In this document: positions 53,452 through 63,157 of the stretch, one piece after another
Layout of the letters: each line of letters opens with the position of its first letter
Position numbering within the stretch: the stretch's first letter is position 1
Source of the DNA: an uncultured Oscillospiraceae bacterium
Lineage (GTDB): Bacteria; Bacillota; Clostridia; Oscillospirales; Oscillospiraceae
DNA: 64,000 bases
Assembly (NCBI GenBank): GCA_900754965.1
Contig: CAAEEO010000004.1
Location: 9,912-73,911 of the forward strand
Direction: 5' to 3'
Made by a program: the position numbers and the translations under genes
Notes under the pieces: model-generated
The model's database searches: none
The model's input: the letters and a program-made list of their open reading frames with translations, nothing else
Told to the model about the DNA's origin: nothing

Positions 53452-54210
53452 ATGGTTACCATTGATTTTACCGGGAAGAATTACATTGTGACCGGCGGTG
53501 CGGGCAGCATCGGCCGTGCCATTGCGGAGACCATCGTGTCCTGCGGCGGACGGGTCTGCGCCATGGATATTGACAGCAAAACGCTGGAGGAAATGGCCAG
53601 CCAGCTGCCGGCGGATCTGTTTTATCCGCTGCCGGTGGATCTTTCCTCTCCGGAAGAGATCCGGCGCAATTTTGCGGAGGTGATCGCCCGTTTTGGCCAG
53701 CTCCACGGCTTGGTCAACTGTGTGGGTGTGCTGAGCACCCGCCGATTCGAGGAGATCAGCCAGGAGGAGTGGGATCGGGTCATCCGCATCAACCTCACCG
53801 GTGTTTTTGCGGCAATTCAGTCGGTTTATAGCCACATGAAGGAGCACAGATACGGCCGGATTGTGAATGTATCCTCCGTGGCCGGTAAAGTTGGCGGCGG
53901 CATTATGGGACGCGGCGCGTACGCCACCAGTAAGGCGGGGCTGAATGGCCTGACAAAGGTGGTCGCCAAAGAGGGAGGCCCCTTCAATGTCTGCTGCAAC
54001 ACGGTATGCCCCGGTTGGACGGACAGCCGGATGATCAATGATCTGATGGACGATGCCAATTACAGCCGCATCCAGAATATGGTTTCCATGGCTCGCCCTG
54101 CCACAGCCCAGGAGGCTGCCTGGCCGGTGGTGTTTTACCTGAGCGATCTGGCGGCCTATGTCAACGGTGAGATCAGCGATGTGGACGGCGGTCTGACTTA
54201 CGACGGCTGA
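53452..54210 (+). CDS. SDR-family oxidoreductase
   Basis: TGGAGSIGRAIA, NVSS, YATSKAG (YxxxK). ATG 53452 lies downstream of the rplT terminator, so the track start at 53401 is unlikely. Confidence 0.88.
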   Translation: MVTIDFTGKNYIVTGGAGSIGRAIAETIVSCGGRVCAMDIDSKTLEEMASQLPADLFYPLPVDLSSPEEIRRNFAEVIARFGQLHGLVNCVGVLSTRRFEEISQEEWDRVIRINLTGVFAAIQSVYSHMKEHRYGRIVNVSSVAGKVGGGIMGRGAYATSKAGLNGLTKVVAKEGGPFNVCCNTVCPGWTDSRMINDLMDDANYSRIQNMVSMARPATAQEAAWPVVFYLSDLAAYVNGEISDVDGGLTYDG

Positions 54211-54259
54211 GGCCGATTCTCTTGAATAAGAAAAAGGACGGTGAAAACCGTCCTTTTTC

Positions 54260-56935
54260 TTATTCAGTGGCGCGCAGCCGTTCCACAACAGTGGATTTGG
54301 CCACACTGCGGTATACCAGAAGAGGTACTATAATGCCAATCAAAAGGAAGACCGGGGCAATCATCAGGATGGGCAGGAAGGTGAAGTGGTAAGTAAAGAA
54401 CCAGAACATTCCTTCCAACGCCGGTTTCATGATGGGGGTCAGAGCCAGATTGAGGATCAGACAGAGACCAATGGAAATGGCTGCATAGAGGATACCCTCG
54501 GTCATCAGCATCTGTTTGAGTTGTTGGCCGGTCATTCCGATGGCCTGGAGCATAGCCAGTTCCCGTTTGCGGGCAATGATACCGGTGAGAATGGCATTGA
54601 TGAAGTTCAGTACGCCGACCAGTCCCACGATGAAACTGAGCACACCGCCCATCATCAGGAACATGGAACGGGTTCCCTCAAATTCTTTGGCATACAGGGC
54701 TTTGCTCTCGTAGTCCAGTTCTGGGGCGATATTCTGGGTGTAATCGGTCAAAAAAGCCTCCATGGATGCATTGCTTTCCTCAGTGGTGTTGAACGCATAG
54801 TACATAACACTGTCTGTTCCCGTGTCCCGGATAAAGGTTTCGGAGGATAAAACGAATTCATCTGCGCCGTAGTATCGGTAACTGATTGGATGTGGAACGC
54901 TCACCAATGCGGCAACTGTGTAGTCCACATCTCTGTATTTCACAGCACGCTCGACCCATTTGGAACCGTTCGGAATATCCTCAAAGGTGTCATATGTTTC
55001 TCCGGTATCTGGGTCAAAGTATTCGTATTCCTCCACATATCGCAGGGATACGGTGTCTCCCAGTCTGGCCCAGTGGCTGTCCATGTAAGGTTCTCCGTAG
55101 TCATTTTCCGTATAGACCGCAGCAATGTAATTGCCGTTGGGGTCACTGAGCTTGCTCAGATCGCCATCTAGCAGGGTCAGATGTTCCAGAGCAAAGGGGT
55201 CCATGCCGTAAAGCTGTGCAGGGGCGGCCAGCAGGCCGTTTTCACGCCGTTCCATGAAACGAACTTTTGCGTCCAATTCCTCTGAAGAACTCCAGGTACC
55301 CTGAATAGAACGGTAGAATTCTTCAGTGACGGATTCTTCCACGGCGGAGGTTTTTCCATAGATCCTGCCACCTTCCGTGACACCGTCCTGGGCATTGATG
55401 TTGTCAATGGCGGATTGAGGGAGTCCCATCTCCTGATTGAAAAGCTCTCCGCCGGTTTGGAACTGCCCGGCATCGGCCAGGATGAAGTCACTGGCGGTGA
55501 AATTAGAGATGTATTTTTCCATGTCAAATCCGTTGGTCAGCGTGAAAGTGAGATTCAGCAGTACCACAGCCAGGGACAGGGAGAGGATGGTGATGACCGT
55601 CTTTTTCCGACTGCGTCCCAAATTGGCCAACGCCATGGAGAATAGGGAAACACTGCCCCGGGAGCGCTTGGTCTGTTTGTGGATTTGATCGGCCTCGGTA
55701 TAGCGTACGGCCTCCACCGGGGAGACTTTGGCGGCCATGCGGCCGGGTTTCCAACAGGACAGGAGAACTGTGACCAGAGAGAACAGTGCCGCCCCCAGAA
55801 AGATCAGGGGATTGGTGGAGGTGACGCTGACCACACCGTTCAACCTGGCCACAATGACGGGGGTCAATGCGCCGCCGACGAGCCATCCAAGCAGCAAACC
55901 CAGGGGGATTCCCGCCAGGGAAAGGAGCAGCGCCTGCAGCCGAATGATCCGTCGGAGCTGCCGGGGAGTGGTGCCGATGGTTTTCAGCAGACCATAAAAC
56001 CGAATGTCTCCGCTGACGGAGATTTGGAATACATTATAGATGATCAGATAGCCGGTAAAGAGGATGAGCAGAAGCATAGCTGCGAGGGCAAGAGCGGTGC
56101 TGAGATCCATATTTTCAGACAGCTGCGCTCCGGTATAACCCCAGTTCACGCCGGTGTCGATAAAGTTGCCTTCTACCTTGCTCTGGCTTTGATAGCCGTA
56201 GTTGGCGAGAATTTGATTGAGGTCCTGGTCAATGTGTCGGGCGCCGCTTTTGAGCATCACATCCAGATTGTAGGAGGCGGTCATGCCGTCCTCTGCCTCA
56301 CCGGGAATAACGCCGCAGGCATCCCAGATGGCCTGCGCCCGGCTCTCCGGAATCAGAATGTGGTTGGCAACAACGGCCGGGTCATATTCCCACCAGCCGC
56401 AGAGCGTAAAAGTCTGGGTGGTCTGGTGACCGTCCACATAGAAAGTCACGGTAAAGGAGGCGCCAAGCTCCGGCTCCACCCCCAGCAGTGCCAGGATGCG
56501 GGTATCCGTTGCAGCCTCGTCAGTCCCTTCCTGGGGCAGACGGCCTTCCACCGGATCACAGAACATCCAGTGCGCCTGATTTGCGTCAGAATATCCAATC
56601 TCCACATGGGATTTGTTGAACGGCACATCCGTGGGCATCCCCACAAAGCGCCGCAGACCCCATTCTTCGATCAGCGGATCGTCCCGCAATTCCAAAAACT
56701 GTTCCTCAGTGAGGTATTTGAAACCGCCGTGGCTGAAACCGCCCACCTGTCGGAAGTTGGACTGCTGAAACCCCTCATTGATGGATAAGGCGATGGTGAA
56801 CAGAGAAGTGAACAGCAGTGTGGTCAACGCAATGGCCAGAATGGCGATCAGATTGCGGGTTTTGGCGCCTTTGAGACTGCGCAGTCCCAGACGGCGGATA
56901 CATCCCCGATTTTTGACATTTTTCATGGCGTTCAC
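54260..56935 (-). CDS. ABC transporter permease with two FtsX domains (MacB/Bce-like)
   Basis: 891 aa. Two 4-TM FtsX-type blocks separated by a large extracytoplasmic region. ATGA overlap with the ATPase gene. Confidence 0.88.
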   Translation of the reverse strand: MNAMKNVKNRGCIRRLGLRSLKGAKTRNLIAILAIALTTLLFTSLFTIALSINEGFQQSNFRQVGGFSHGGFKYLTEEQFLELRDDPLIEEWGLRRFVGMPTDVPFNKSHVEIGYSDANQAHWMFCDPVEGRLPQEGTDEAATDTRILALLGVEPELGASFTVTFYVDGHQTTQTFTLCGWWEYDPAVVANHILIPESRAQAIWDACGVIPGEAEDGMTASYNLDVMLKSGARHIDQDLNQILANYGYQSQSKVEGNFIDTGVNWGYTGAQLSENMDLSTALALAAMLLLILFTGYLIIYNVFQISVSGDIRFYGLLKTIGTTPRQLRRIIRLQALLLSLAGIPLGLLLGWLVGGALTPVIVARLNGVVSVTSTNPLIFLGAALFSLVTVLLSCWKPGRMAAKVSPVEAVRYTEADQIHKQTKRSRGSVSLFSMALANLGRSRKKTVITILSLSLAVVLLNLTFTLTNGFDMEKYISNFTASDFILADAGQFQTGGELFNQEMGLPQSAIDNINAQDGVTEGGRIYGKTSAVEESVTEEFYRSIQGTWSSSEELDAKVRFMERRENGLLAAPAQLYGMDPFALEHLTLLDGDLSKLSDPNGNYIAAVYTENDYGEPYMDSHWARLGDTVSLRYVEEYEYFDPDTGETYDTFEDIPNGSKWVERAVKYRDVDYTVAALVSVPHPISYRYYGADEFVLSSETFIRDTGTDSVMYYAFNTTEESNASMEAFLTDYTQNIAPELDYESKALYAKEFEGTRSMFLMMGGVLSFIVGLVGVLNFINAILTGIIARKRELAMLQAIGMTGQQLKQMLMTEGILYAAISIGLCLILNLALTPIMKPALEGMFWFFTYHFTFLPILMIAPVFLLIGIIVPLLVYRSVAKSTVVERLRATE

Positions 56936-57609
56936 CGCCCCTCATCGCTGCGGATTCGTCCGTCTTCGATACGGATGATCCGATCTGCCAGCTGTGCGAT
57001 TTCTTCGTTGTGGGTGATCATCACGATGGTCTGGCCAAACCGCTGACTGGTAATCTTCATCAGACTCAGCACATCCTGGCTGGTGCGGCTGTCCAGATTT
57101 CCGGTTGGCTCATCCGCCAGGATGATGGCCGGTTTTGTGGCAAGTGCTCTGGCAATGGCCACCCGCTGCTGCTGACCGCCGGAGAGCTGATTGGGCAGGC
57201 TCTCCAATTTCTTTTCCAGACCCAATGCATCGGTGATTTGATAGACATAATCCAGATCTACAGGGTTTCCGTCCAGTTCAATGGGAAGAACGATGTTTTC
57301 ATACACATTCAGCACCGGCACCAGATTGTAGGCCTGAAAGACAAAACCGATTTGCCGACGGCGGAAAATGGTCAGCTCGTCATCTTTCAGAGAGAAAATG
57401 TCCTTACCATCCACCAGTACCTTACCGGAGGTGGGGCGGTCCAATCCGCCGAGCATGTGCAGCAGCGTGGATTTTCCGGAGCCGGAAGTACCCACGATGG
57501 ACAGAAACTCGCCCTTTTCCACGCTCAGATCCACGCCATCCAGGGCGTGGACAGTGGTATCACCGGTCCCATAATATTTTTTCAAGTCATGTGTTTCCAG
57601 TATTTTCAT
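56932..57609 (-). CDS. ABC transporter ATP-binding protein
   Basis: Walker A GTSGSGKST, signature LSGGQQQR, Walker B ILADEPT. Start is MKILETH after GGAGGG. Confidence 0.93.
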   Translation of the reverse strand: MKILETHDLKKYYGTGDTTVHALDGVDLSVEKGEFLSIVGTSGSGKSTLLHMLGGLDRPTSGKVLVDGKDIFSLKDDELTIFRRRQIGFVFQAYNLVPVLNVYENIVLPIELDGNPVDLDYVYQITDALGLEKKLESLPNQLSGGQQQRVAIARALATKPAIILADEPTGNLDSRTSQDVLSLMKITSQRFGQTIVMITHNEEIAQLADRIIRIEDGRIRSDEGR

Positions 57610-57667
57610 AATGCCCTCCATAAAAATCATCTGTGCTGAAATGGGGCAATGCCCTTTCTCAACACAG

Positions 57668-57697
57668 ATGATACCAGATCAATCTTACCAGAATCTT
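57668..57697 (-). promoter_or_regulatory. Putative response-regulator-dependent promoter of the ABC operon
   Basis: Minus strand: direct repeats AAGATT (57697-57692) and AAGATT (57686-57681), 11 bp apart, followed by the extended -10 TGGTATCAT. No -35 hexamer. Confidence 0.4.
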
Positions 57698-57743
57698 TCC
57701 GGGAAGAAAAAGATTCTAACAGCTTTGACACAATTCCCGCCGA

Positions 57744-58652
57744 TTATGACAGACGGGGGAGAAAAGCGGAAAAGACGGAACCTTTTCCGGGGGTACTGGA
57801 GAGTTTGATGTATCCCTGTTCACTGGAGAGAATCTGTCGGGCAAGATACAGCCCAATCCCCACGCCATCATCCTGCTGCACTTGCGGGCCGCGGTAAAAG
57901 CGCTGAAAAACCTGGGCCTGTTCTGATTCCGGGATTCCGATACCGGTATCTGCCACATCGATGCGGCAGAACAGTTCATAAACCTGGACGGAAATGGATA
58001 CCGCCCCGCCGGACGGTGTATATTTGATGGCGTTGTCTACGAAATTTCCAAGGGCCTCGGCAGTCCATTTGGGATCGAAACAGGCTGTGGTTTCGGCGGG
58101 GCAGGACTGGCTCAAAGTGAGACCATGGGCCTGGGCTTTGGAGAGAAATGTCTGATAAAGGGATTGGGTCAGTTGTTCCACGCTGTTTATTTCGGGGCGC
58201 AGCTGCACAACGCCGGTCTCCAATCGGGAAGTTTTCACCAGAGCCTGAATCAGAAAGTCCAGTTTGTCTGTCTGGGTGCTGATCTGCTCCGCCAGGTTTT
58301 TGGTTGCGGGGGTCAGTTCCTGTTCCTGCAGCAGTTCGGAATAGAGCCGGATATTGGCGATGGGCGTTTTGGTCTGGTGGGAAATATCTCCGATGGTCTG
58401 GGTAATGTGTGTCCGGTCTGCCTCAATATTGGCGCGTGAGAGGGCGCTGACTGCCAGAAAACGGTCCAGCTTGTTTTCCAGGCGGGATAAACGGCTCTCG
58501 TTATAGTGGGATGGGGTGAACGCGCCCCGAATCACATCGTCCAGCATGCGCTCCAACGTACGCAAGGTATTTCCGACATACAGAGCGTAAATCAGGGCAC
58601 CGATCCAGGGAATCAGGAAGATCAAGAGGAGCAGTAAATTGCGTAAGGACAT
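57744..58652 (-). CDS. Sensor histidine kinase (short, intramembrane-sensing type)
   Basis: H-box SHQTKTPIANI, N box NAIKYT, G box DTGIGI. Only a short N-terminal hydrophobic segment. Confidence 0.9.
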   Translation of the reverse strand: MSLRNLLLLLIFLIPWIGALIYALYVGNTLRTLERMLDDVIRGAFTPSHYNESRLSRLENKLDRFLAVSALSRANIEADRTHITQTIGDISHQTKTPIANIRLYSELLQEQELTPATKNLAEQISTQTDKLDFLIQALVKTSRLETGVVQLRPEINSVEQLTQSLYQTFLSKAQAHGLTLSQSCPAETTACFDPKWTAEALGNFVDNAIKYTPSGGAVSISVQVYELFCRIDVADTGIGIPESEQAQVFQRFYRGPQVQQDDGVGIGLYLARQILSSEQGYIKLSSTPGKGSVFSAFLPRLS

Positions 58653-58653
58653 A

Positions 58654-59331
58654 TCATTTCACCGCCCATGTATAGCCAATCCCGTACACCGTTTGGATGA
58701 ATTGGGGATTTTTCGGATCATCTTCCAATTTTCCGCGCAGCCGCCGAATGGCCACGGACAGGGCATTTTCATCCACGAACTCCCCGCCGTCCCAAACTTG
58801 ATCCAGCAGCCGTTCCCGGGTGAGGGTGCGTCCACGGTTTTCAATCAAAAGCTGCAGCAGGCGCTGTTCTGTGCGGCTCAGAGAGAGTTCTCGGCCGCCC
58901 TTGTGAAACTGTAAGTTCTGAAAATCCAGTTCCAGATCACGGATGCAGATAGGCGCTCGCGTTGCTGATGCTGCGCTGCGCCGCAGTGCGGCGTCCACTC
59001 TGGCGCGGAGAACGGCCAAAGAAAAGGGTTTGGTAATATAGTCATCCCCACCGGCCTCCAGTCCCATCACTTCGTCCAGTTCGGTATCGTTGGCGGTGAG
59101 AAAAATGACGGGGGTGCCGGAGTGCGCCCGGATCTCCCGGCAAAACGCCAGTCCGTTTCCATCCGGAAGATTGATGTCCAGAAGGATCAGATCCGGGGAC
59201 AGGGCAGAGAGGGCTTGTCGGGCGTGAGCCAGATCCGGACAGGTGGTCACCTGCCGATCGCTGCTTTCCAACGCCAACGCAATGCCGCTGCGCAGAGCGG
59301 AGTCATCTTCAATAATCAGAATCTTTGCCAT
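58654..59331 (-). CDS. OmpR-family response regulator
   Basis: MAKILIIEDD, receiver Asp in LILLDINLPDG, winged-helix C-terminus (IQTVYGIGY). Confidence 0.93.
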   Translation of the reverse strand: MAKILIIEDDSALRSGIALALESSDRQVTTCPDLAHARQALSALSPDLILLDINLPDGNGLAFCREIRAHSGTPVIFLTANDTELDEVMGLEAGGDDYITKPFSLAVLRARVDAALRRSAASATRAPICIRDLELDFQNLQFHKGGRELSLSRTEQRLLQLLIENRGRTLTRERLLDQVWDGGEFVDENALSVAIRRLRGKLEDDPKNPQFIQTVYGIGYTWAVK

Positions 59332-59507
59332 GGTAGATCGAAACTCCTTTGTTTGCTGTGGCTCATTATACAGGATTTGCTGCCGGATTTCCAGAGCAGC
59401 GTAGGGAAAGAGAAGGGGACTGCAAAAAAATTGACTTGTACTGGGGAACATGATAAAATGATTTCATTCAAAGGTTCCTTTGAAAATGAACAATAGGAGG
59501 CGTTTTT

Positions 59508-60086
59508 ATGAGCAAAAAGGTATTGCTGTTGTGCGGTGATTTCACAGAGGATTACGAGACCATGGTTCCGTTCCAGGCGCTTTCCATGCTTGGGTATCAG
59601 GTGGACGCAGTCTGCCCGGATAAAAAGGCGGGAGATACTGTGGCCACGGCGGTTCACGATTTTCTGGGTGAGCAGACCTATACCGAACTGCGGGGACATA
59701 ACTTTGCGCTGACTGCGGATTTTGATGCGGTGAAGACGGAAGAGTATGTGGGCCTGTTTATCACAGGCGGCCGCGCTCCGGAGTATATCCGCCTCAATGC
59801 CCGTGTGTTGGAGATTGTCCGGGAGTTCTTTGCAGCGGGAAAACCGGTGGCGGCAATCTGTCATGGTCCTCAGGTCCTGGCGGCGGCTGGTGTGCTCCAG
59901 GGATACCGTGCCACGGCCTACCCTGCGGTGGGACCGGATATCACATTGGCAGGGGGAACTTATGTAGAAGTTCCTGCCGATCAGGCTGTGGTGGACCGCA
60001 ATCTGGTCACGGCGCCGGCATGGCCCGGAGATACGGCCATTGTCCGAGAGTTTGCAAAACTCATGGGCGCCAAGTTTGAAATCTAA
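59508..60086 (+). CDS. DJ-1/PfpI family protein
   Basis: Nucleophile elbow [14 protein letters not shown]. 192 aa. Confidence 0.88.
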   Translation: MSKKVLLLCGDFTEDYETMVPFQALSMLGYQVDAVCPDKKAGDTVATAVHDFLGEQTYTELRGHNFALTADFDAVKTEEYVGLFITGGRAPEYIRLNARVLEIVREFFAAGKPVAAICHGPQVLAAAGVLQGYRATAYPAVGPDITLAGGTYVEVPADQAVVDRNLVTAPAWPGDTAIVREFAKLMGAKFEI

Positions 60087-60161
60087 CTGAAACCAATGGG
60101 AATTCCCGGCAGGGCCAGGCTTTGCCGGGAATTTTTGAGGCATCGAAAGAGGAGACAGAAG

Positions 60162-60962
60162 ATGCGAGACAAACGGACGGTCATCGGACAGATTGCCTAT
60201 GGCCTGGCGATCACCGGATTGACGGCCGGGGCGTTTTTCACGCCCATTACCCTGACCGGTGGACTGGAAATCCCGCTGTCGGCGGTGGAATCGCGGTCTT
60301 ATACCATGCAGAGTCCATCGGCGTCGGAAAGAAAATCAACAGCGGTGAAACTTTCGCAAGGAACGCTGCCGGAGCGCTTTCCACGAACGGATGCGTGGAA
60401 TTTGATTCTGGTCAATCCCTGGCATCCAATCCCAGAGGACTACACAGTGACCCTTTGGGATTTGGAGAATGGACAGGCAGTGGACGAACGGTGTTATGAA
60501 GATTTGGAGGCCATGCTGACGGATTGTCGGACGGCGGGACTGCAGCCTCGGATCTGTTCTTCCTACCGGACGCAGGAAACCCAGCAGGCGCTTTATCAAA
60601 ACAAGATCAAACGCTTGATTCGTCAGGGATACAGTCAGCAGCAGGCGGAGACAGAGGCGGCAAAAGTGGTGGCGTTTCCTGGCACCAGTGAGCATCAGTT
60701 GGGACTGGCACTGGATATTGTGGATCAGCAGTATCAAATTCTGGATACCAAACAGGAAGAGACTGCGGTGCAGCAGTGGTTGATGGAGAATAGCTGGAAG
60801 TATGGTTTCGTTCTGCGCTATCCCAACGGAAAAAGCGACATCACTGGAATCATTTACGAACCGTGGCACTATCGTTATGTGGGGCGGCAGGCTGCGGAAC
60901 AGATGCAGGAACTGGAACTTTGCCTGGAGGAATACCTTGAGCTGCTGTCCGGAGAAGACTAA
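60162..60962 (+). CDS. M15 (VanY-type) D-alanyl-D-alanine carboxypeptidase
   Basis: SYRTQETQQALY, GTSEHQLGLALDI, EPWHYRYVG. N-terminal TM helix. Start is MRDKRT at 60162. Confidence 0.88.
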   Translation: MRDKRTVIGQIAYGLAITGLTAGAFFTPITLTGGLEIPLSAVESRSYTMQSPSASERKSTAVKLSQGTLPERFPRTDAWNLILVNPWHPIPEDYTVTLWDLENGQAVDERCYEDLEAMLTDCRTAGLQPRICSSYRTQETQQALYQNKIKRLIRQGYSQQQAETEAAKVVAFPGTSEHQLGLALDIVDQQYQILDTKQEETAVQQWLMENSWKYGFVLRYPNGKSDITGIIYEPWHYRYVGRQAAEQMQELELCLEEYLELLSGED

Positions 60963-61018
60963 ACGGCGTCGAACCTGTGCATCGCGCAGGCCCGGTGCCG
61001 TATTTTCGTAGGGAGTTC

Positions 61019-61174
61019 TCAAAGCCCCAGCAGGGTGAGCAGACCGCTGAGGACACTGCCGCCCACCAGTAATGTCAACCAGAATGTGAGGAAAGCCCGT
61101 TCTGTTTTGACAAGCTCGGCAGATTTTGGGGATACAGAGAATGGGATCAGGTCTTGTTGTTTCGTCTCTCTCAT
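61019..61174 (-). CDS. Possible small membrane protein (51 aa, not in the ORF track)
   Basis: My translation: MRETKQQDLIPFSVSPKSAELVKTERAFLTFWLTLLVGGSVLSGLLTLLGL. Preceded by AAAGGAGAA. One C-terminal TM helix. Confidence 0.3.
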   Translation of the reverse strand: MRETKQQDLIPFSVSPKSAELVKTERAFLTFWLTLLVGGSVLSGLLTLLGL

Positions 61175-61253
61175 GGGGATTCTCCTTTACAAGCGTTCTT
61201 GGTAATGACAGAATACCAGTTCAGCTGTACCAAAAAGAGGAGAACCGCAGGAA

Positions 61254-61325
61254 CTAAAAAAGGCCATACCGTTTTTGGTATGGCTTGCCATGAGAAAACA
61301 CGCTCCGCGCTTAGCGCGGAGCGTG
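61254..61325 (-). terminator. Two tandem hairpins after the SnoaL-like gene
   Basis: CACGCTCCGCGC-tta-GCGCGGAGCGTG (61299-61325), followed on the minus strand by TTTTCTC. Then GCCATACC/GGTATGGC (61263-61284), followed by TTTTTT. Confidence 0.65.
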
Positions 61326-61338
61326 CTGCTTATAGAAC

Positions 61339-61887
61339 TTACTTCTTCAGCTGAGTGTCGCCCTGCAGGGTAACAGCGCCCTTGTGAGGACCAGCCTTGA
61401 ACATATTCTCGGTCACAAAGTACTTTGCGTCCTTGATACGGCTCCAGTTCTCCTCGTAGATACGCTTGTAGCCGATCTTGGTGATCTTCCACTCGCCATC
61501 GATCTTTGCGTAGTCGATGTCATAGATAGCGGTGCCGCGGACGTTCCAGTTGGTAGCCAGGATGATCAGGTAGTCATGCAGATACCACTTGCCGTGAGCG
61601 GTGACGCCATCCTCGTTGATGGTGATCTCGGGAGTATGGCCGTTGTGCTGAGAGATCATGGCGCTGTCGTTCATCTGAGCCTCGTAGTACTGACGCAGGC
61701 CGCCTTCGCCCTCGTAGTGGTCGAACACCAGACGACCATCAGAGAATGCGGTGTGGAAAGTGGGGGCAAACACTTCGCCCAGCTCGTCCCACAGTTTGCT
61801 GTCCAGGCAGCGATAGTACTTGCCCTGCAGTTTCTGAATTTCAGCGATGGCTTCCAGCCGTTCGACTCTCTTCAACAAATCTTCCAT
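61339..61887 (-). CDS. SnoaL-like/NTF2-fold protein resembling BaiE-type dehydratases
   Basis: LEAIAEIQKLQGKYYRCLDSKLWDEL, SQHNGHTPEITI, GKWYLHD, KIDGEWKITKIGYKRIYEE. These match my recollection of the bile-acid 7-alpha-dehydratase (BaiE) family pattern. Confidence 0.7.
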   Translation of the reverse strand: MEDLLKRVERLEAIAEIQKLQGKYYRCLDSKLWDELGEVFAPTFHTAFSDGRLVFDHYEGEGGLRQYYEAQMNDSAMISQHNGHTPEITINEDGVTAHGKWYLHDYLIILATNWNVRGTAIYDIDYAKIDGEWKITKIGYKRIYEENWSRIKDAKYFVTENMFKAGPHKGAVTLQGDTQLKK

Positions 61888-61952
61888 GAGTAATAACCTC
61901 CTTAAATTCGTCCCCCATCTGCGGGGGAGCAGTCACATTGGACGTTGAACTT

Positions 61953-61981
61953 AATATACCATATTGACGGAAACATCACAA
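61953..61981 (-). promoter_or_regulatory. Promoter of the SnoaL-like gene
   Basis: Minus strand TTGTGA, 17 nt, TATATT, with a TGn extension, inside a 247-bp AT-rich spacer. Confidence 0.5.
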
Positions 61982-62077
61982 GCACATTATCCAAAATTTT
62001 AATAACAAAAATGAAAAAAACAGTTTTTTGTATAAAGTGCATAATTTTAAGGCAAATTTCTCTCTGCTAAAAAATAG

Positions 62078-62114
62078 GCAAGAAAATTCCCCGAACACAA
62101 AGTGTCCGGGGAAT
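62078..62114 (-). terminator. Terminator after the ketopantoate reductase paralog
   Basis: ATTCCCCGGACAC / GTGTTCGGGGAAT stem (one mismatch), followed on the minus strand by TTTTCTTGC. Confidence 0.6.
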
Positions 62115-62134
62115 AGAAATGCTCAAGGCAGAAA

Positions 62135-63133
62135 TCAGCCTTCGGGATACTGATTGTCGTAGTTCTCCTGGATGCAGGAAATGACCAGGGTCAGAATGTC
62201 GTTGGTGGGAGTGGGGATGCCCAGCTCTTTGCCGTACTCTGCGATCTTGCCGTTCAGCACGGAGATCTCGGTCTGACGCTTGTGCATCAGAGCGTCCTGG
62301 CACATGGAGGGGTAGTAGTCGCCAATGTTGGTGATGATGTCAGCCAGGTCGTTAGCCAGGAAGTCATCAGCGTTGATGGCAGTGCCGCGAGCGGTAGCAA
62401 CAGCAGCAGCCTCACGGACAACGCCTTCGAACAGCTTGTAGCCGGGTTCGCAGGCAGCAACATACTTGATCTTCAGGCGGGTAGCAGCGCAGACAGTGTT
62501 CACAGTAGCGTTGACCAGAACCTTCTTCCAGATGTAGTAGTAGATGTCGTCCTTTCTCCAGTAAGCGTCGCAGCCGCCGTCGCGGTAGCACTTCAGCATG
62601 TGCTCGCAAGCCTTGTCGGTCAGCTCGGAACGCTCAGCGCCGCCGAAGTTCATCTGCACATCGCCGGAGGGAGTGGAAACACACTCGCCGGGAGCGGGCA
62701 GAGCGGTGCCCAGAACGCCGGAACCAATGACGCAGCGGTTCTTGGGGAAGACCTTGAACAGCTTGTCGTCGTTGCCCAGACCGTTGATCAGGGAAACAGC
62801 GACGGTGTTCTCACCAACGATGGGCATAGCGTCCTGGATAGCCTGATCCAGCTGCGTAGCTTTGGTCATGAAGATGACGATATCGATGGGGCCTTCAGCA
62901 GCAGCAGCTTCAGCAGCGGTGGTGTAGGTACGGAAACCGGTCAGCTGGGTGACGATGTCCTTGTACTCGCCGTTGCCTTCCTGATGATGGATGGTGAACT
63001 TCATGCCGTCCTTTGCGACTTTGTCCATATGATCTTTGTAGCGGTCGATCAGGATCATCTCCGCGCCGCCCTTGCGCAGGTAGGATGCAAACACGCTGCC
63101 GGCAGCGCCGGAACCATACATTGCGATTTTCAT
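62135..63133 (-). CDS. Ketopantoate reductase (PanE/ApbA) family oxidoreductase
   Basis: Rossmann MKIAMYGSGAAGSVFASYL. C-terminal YYPSMCQDALMHKRQTEISVLNG. Confidence 0.85.
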   Translation of the reverse strand: MKIAMYGSGAAGSVFASYLRKGGAEMILIDRYKDHMDKVAKDGMKFTIHHQEGNGEYKDIVTQLTGFRTYTTAAEAAAAEGPIDIVIFMTKATQLDQAIQDAMPIVGENTVAVSLINGLGNDDKLFKVFPKNRCVIGSGVLGTALPAPGECVSTPSGDVQMNFGGAERSELTDKACEHMLKCYRDGGCDAYWRKDDIYYYIWKKVLVNATVNTVCAATRLKIKYVAACEPGYKLFEGVVREAAAVATARGTAINADDFLANDLADIITNIGDYYPSMCQDALMHKRQTEISVLNGKIAEYGKELGIPTPTNDILTLVISCIQENYDNQYPEG

Positions 63134-63157
63134 TTGTTTTTTCCTCCTAAGAATTGT

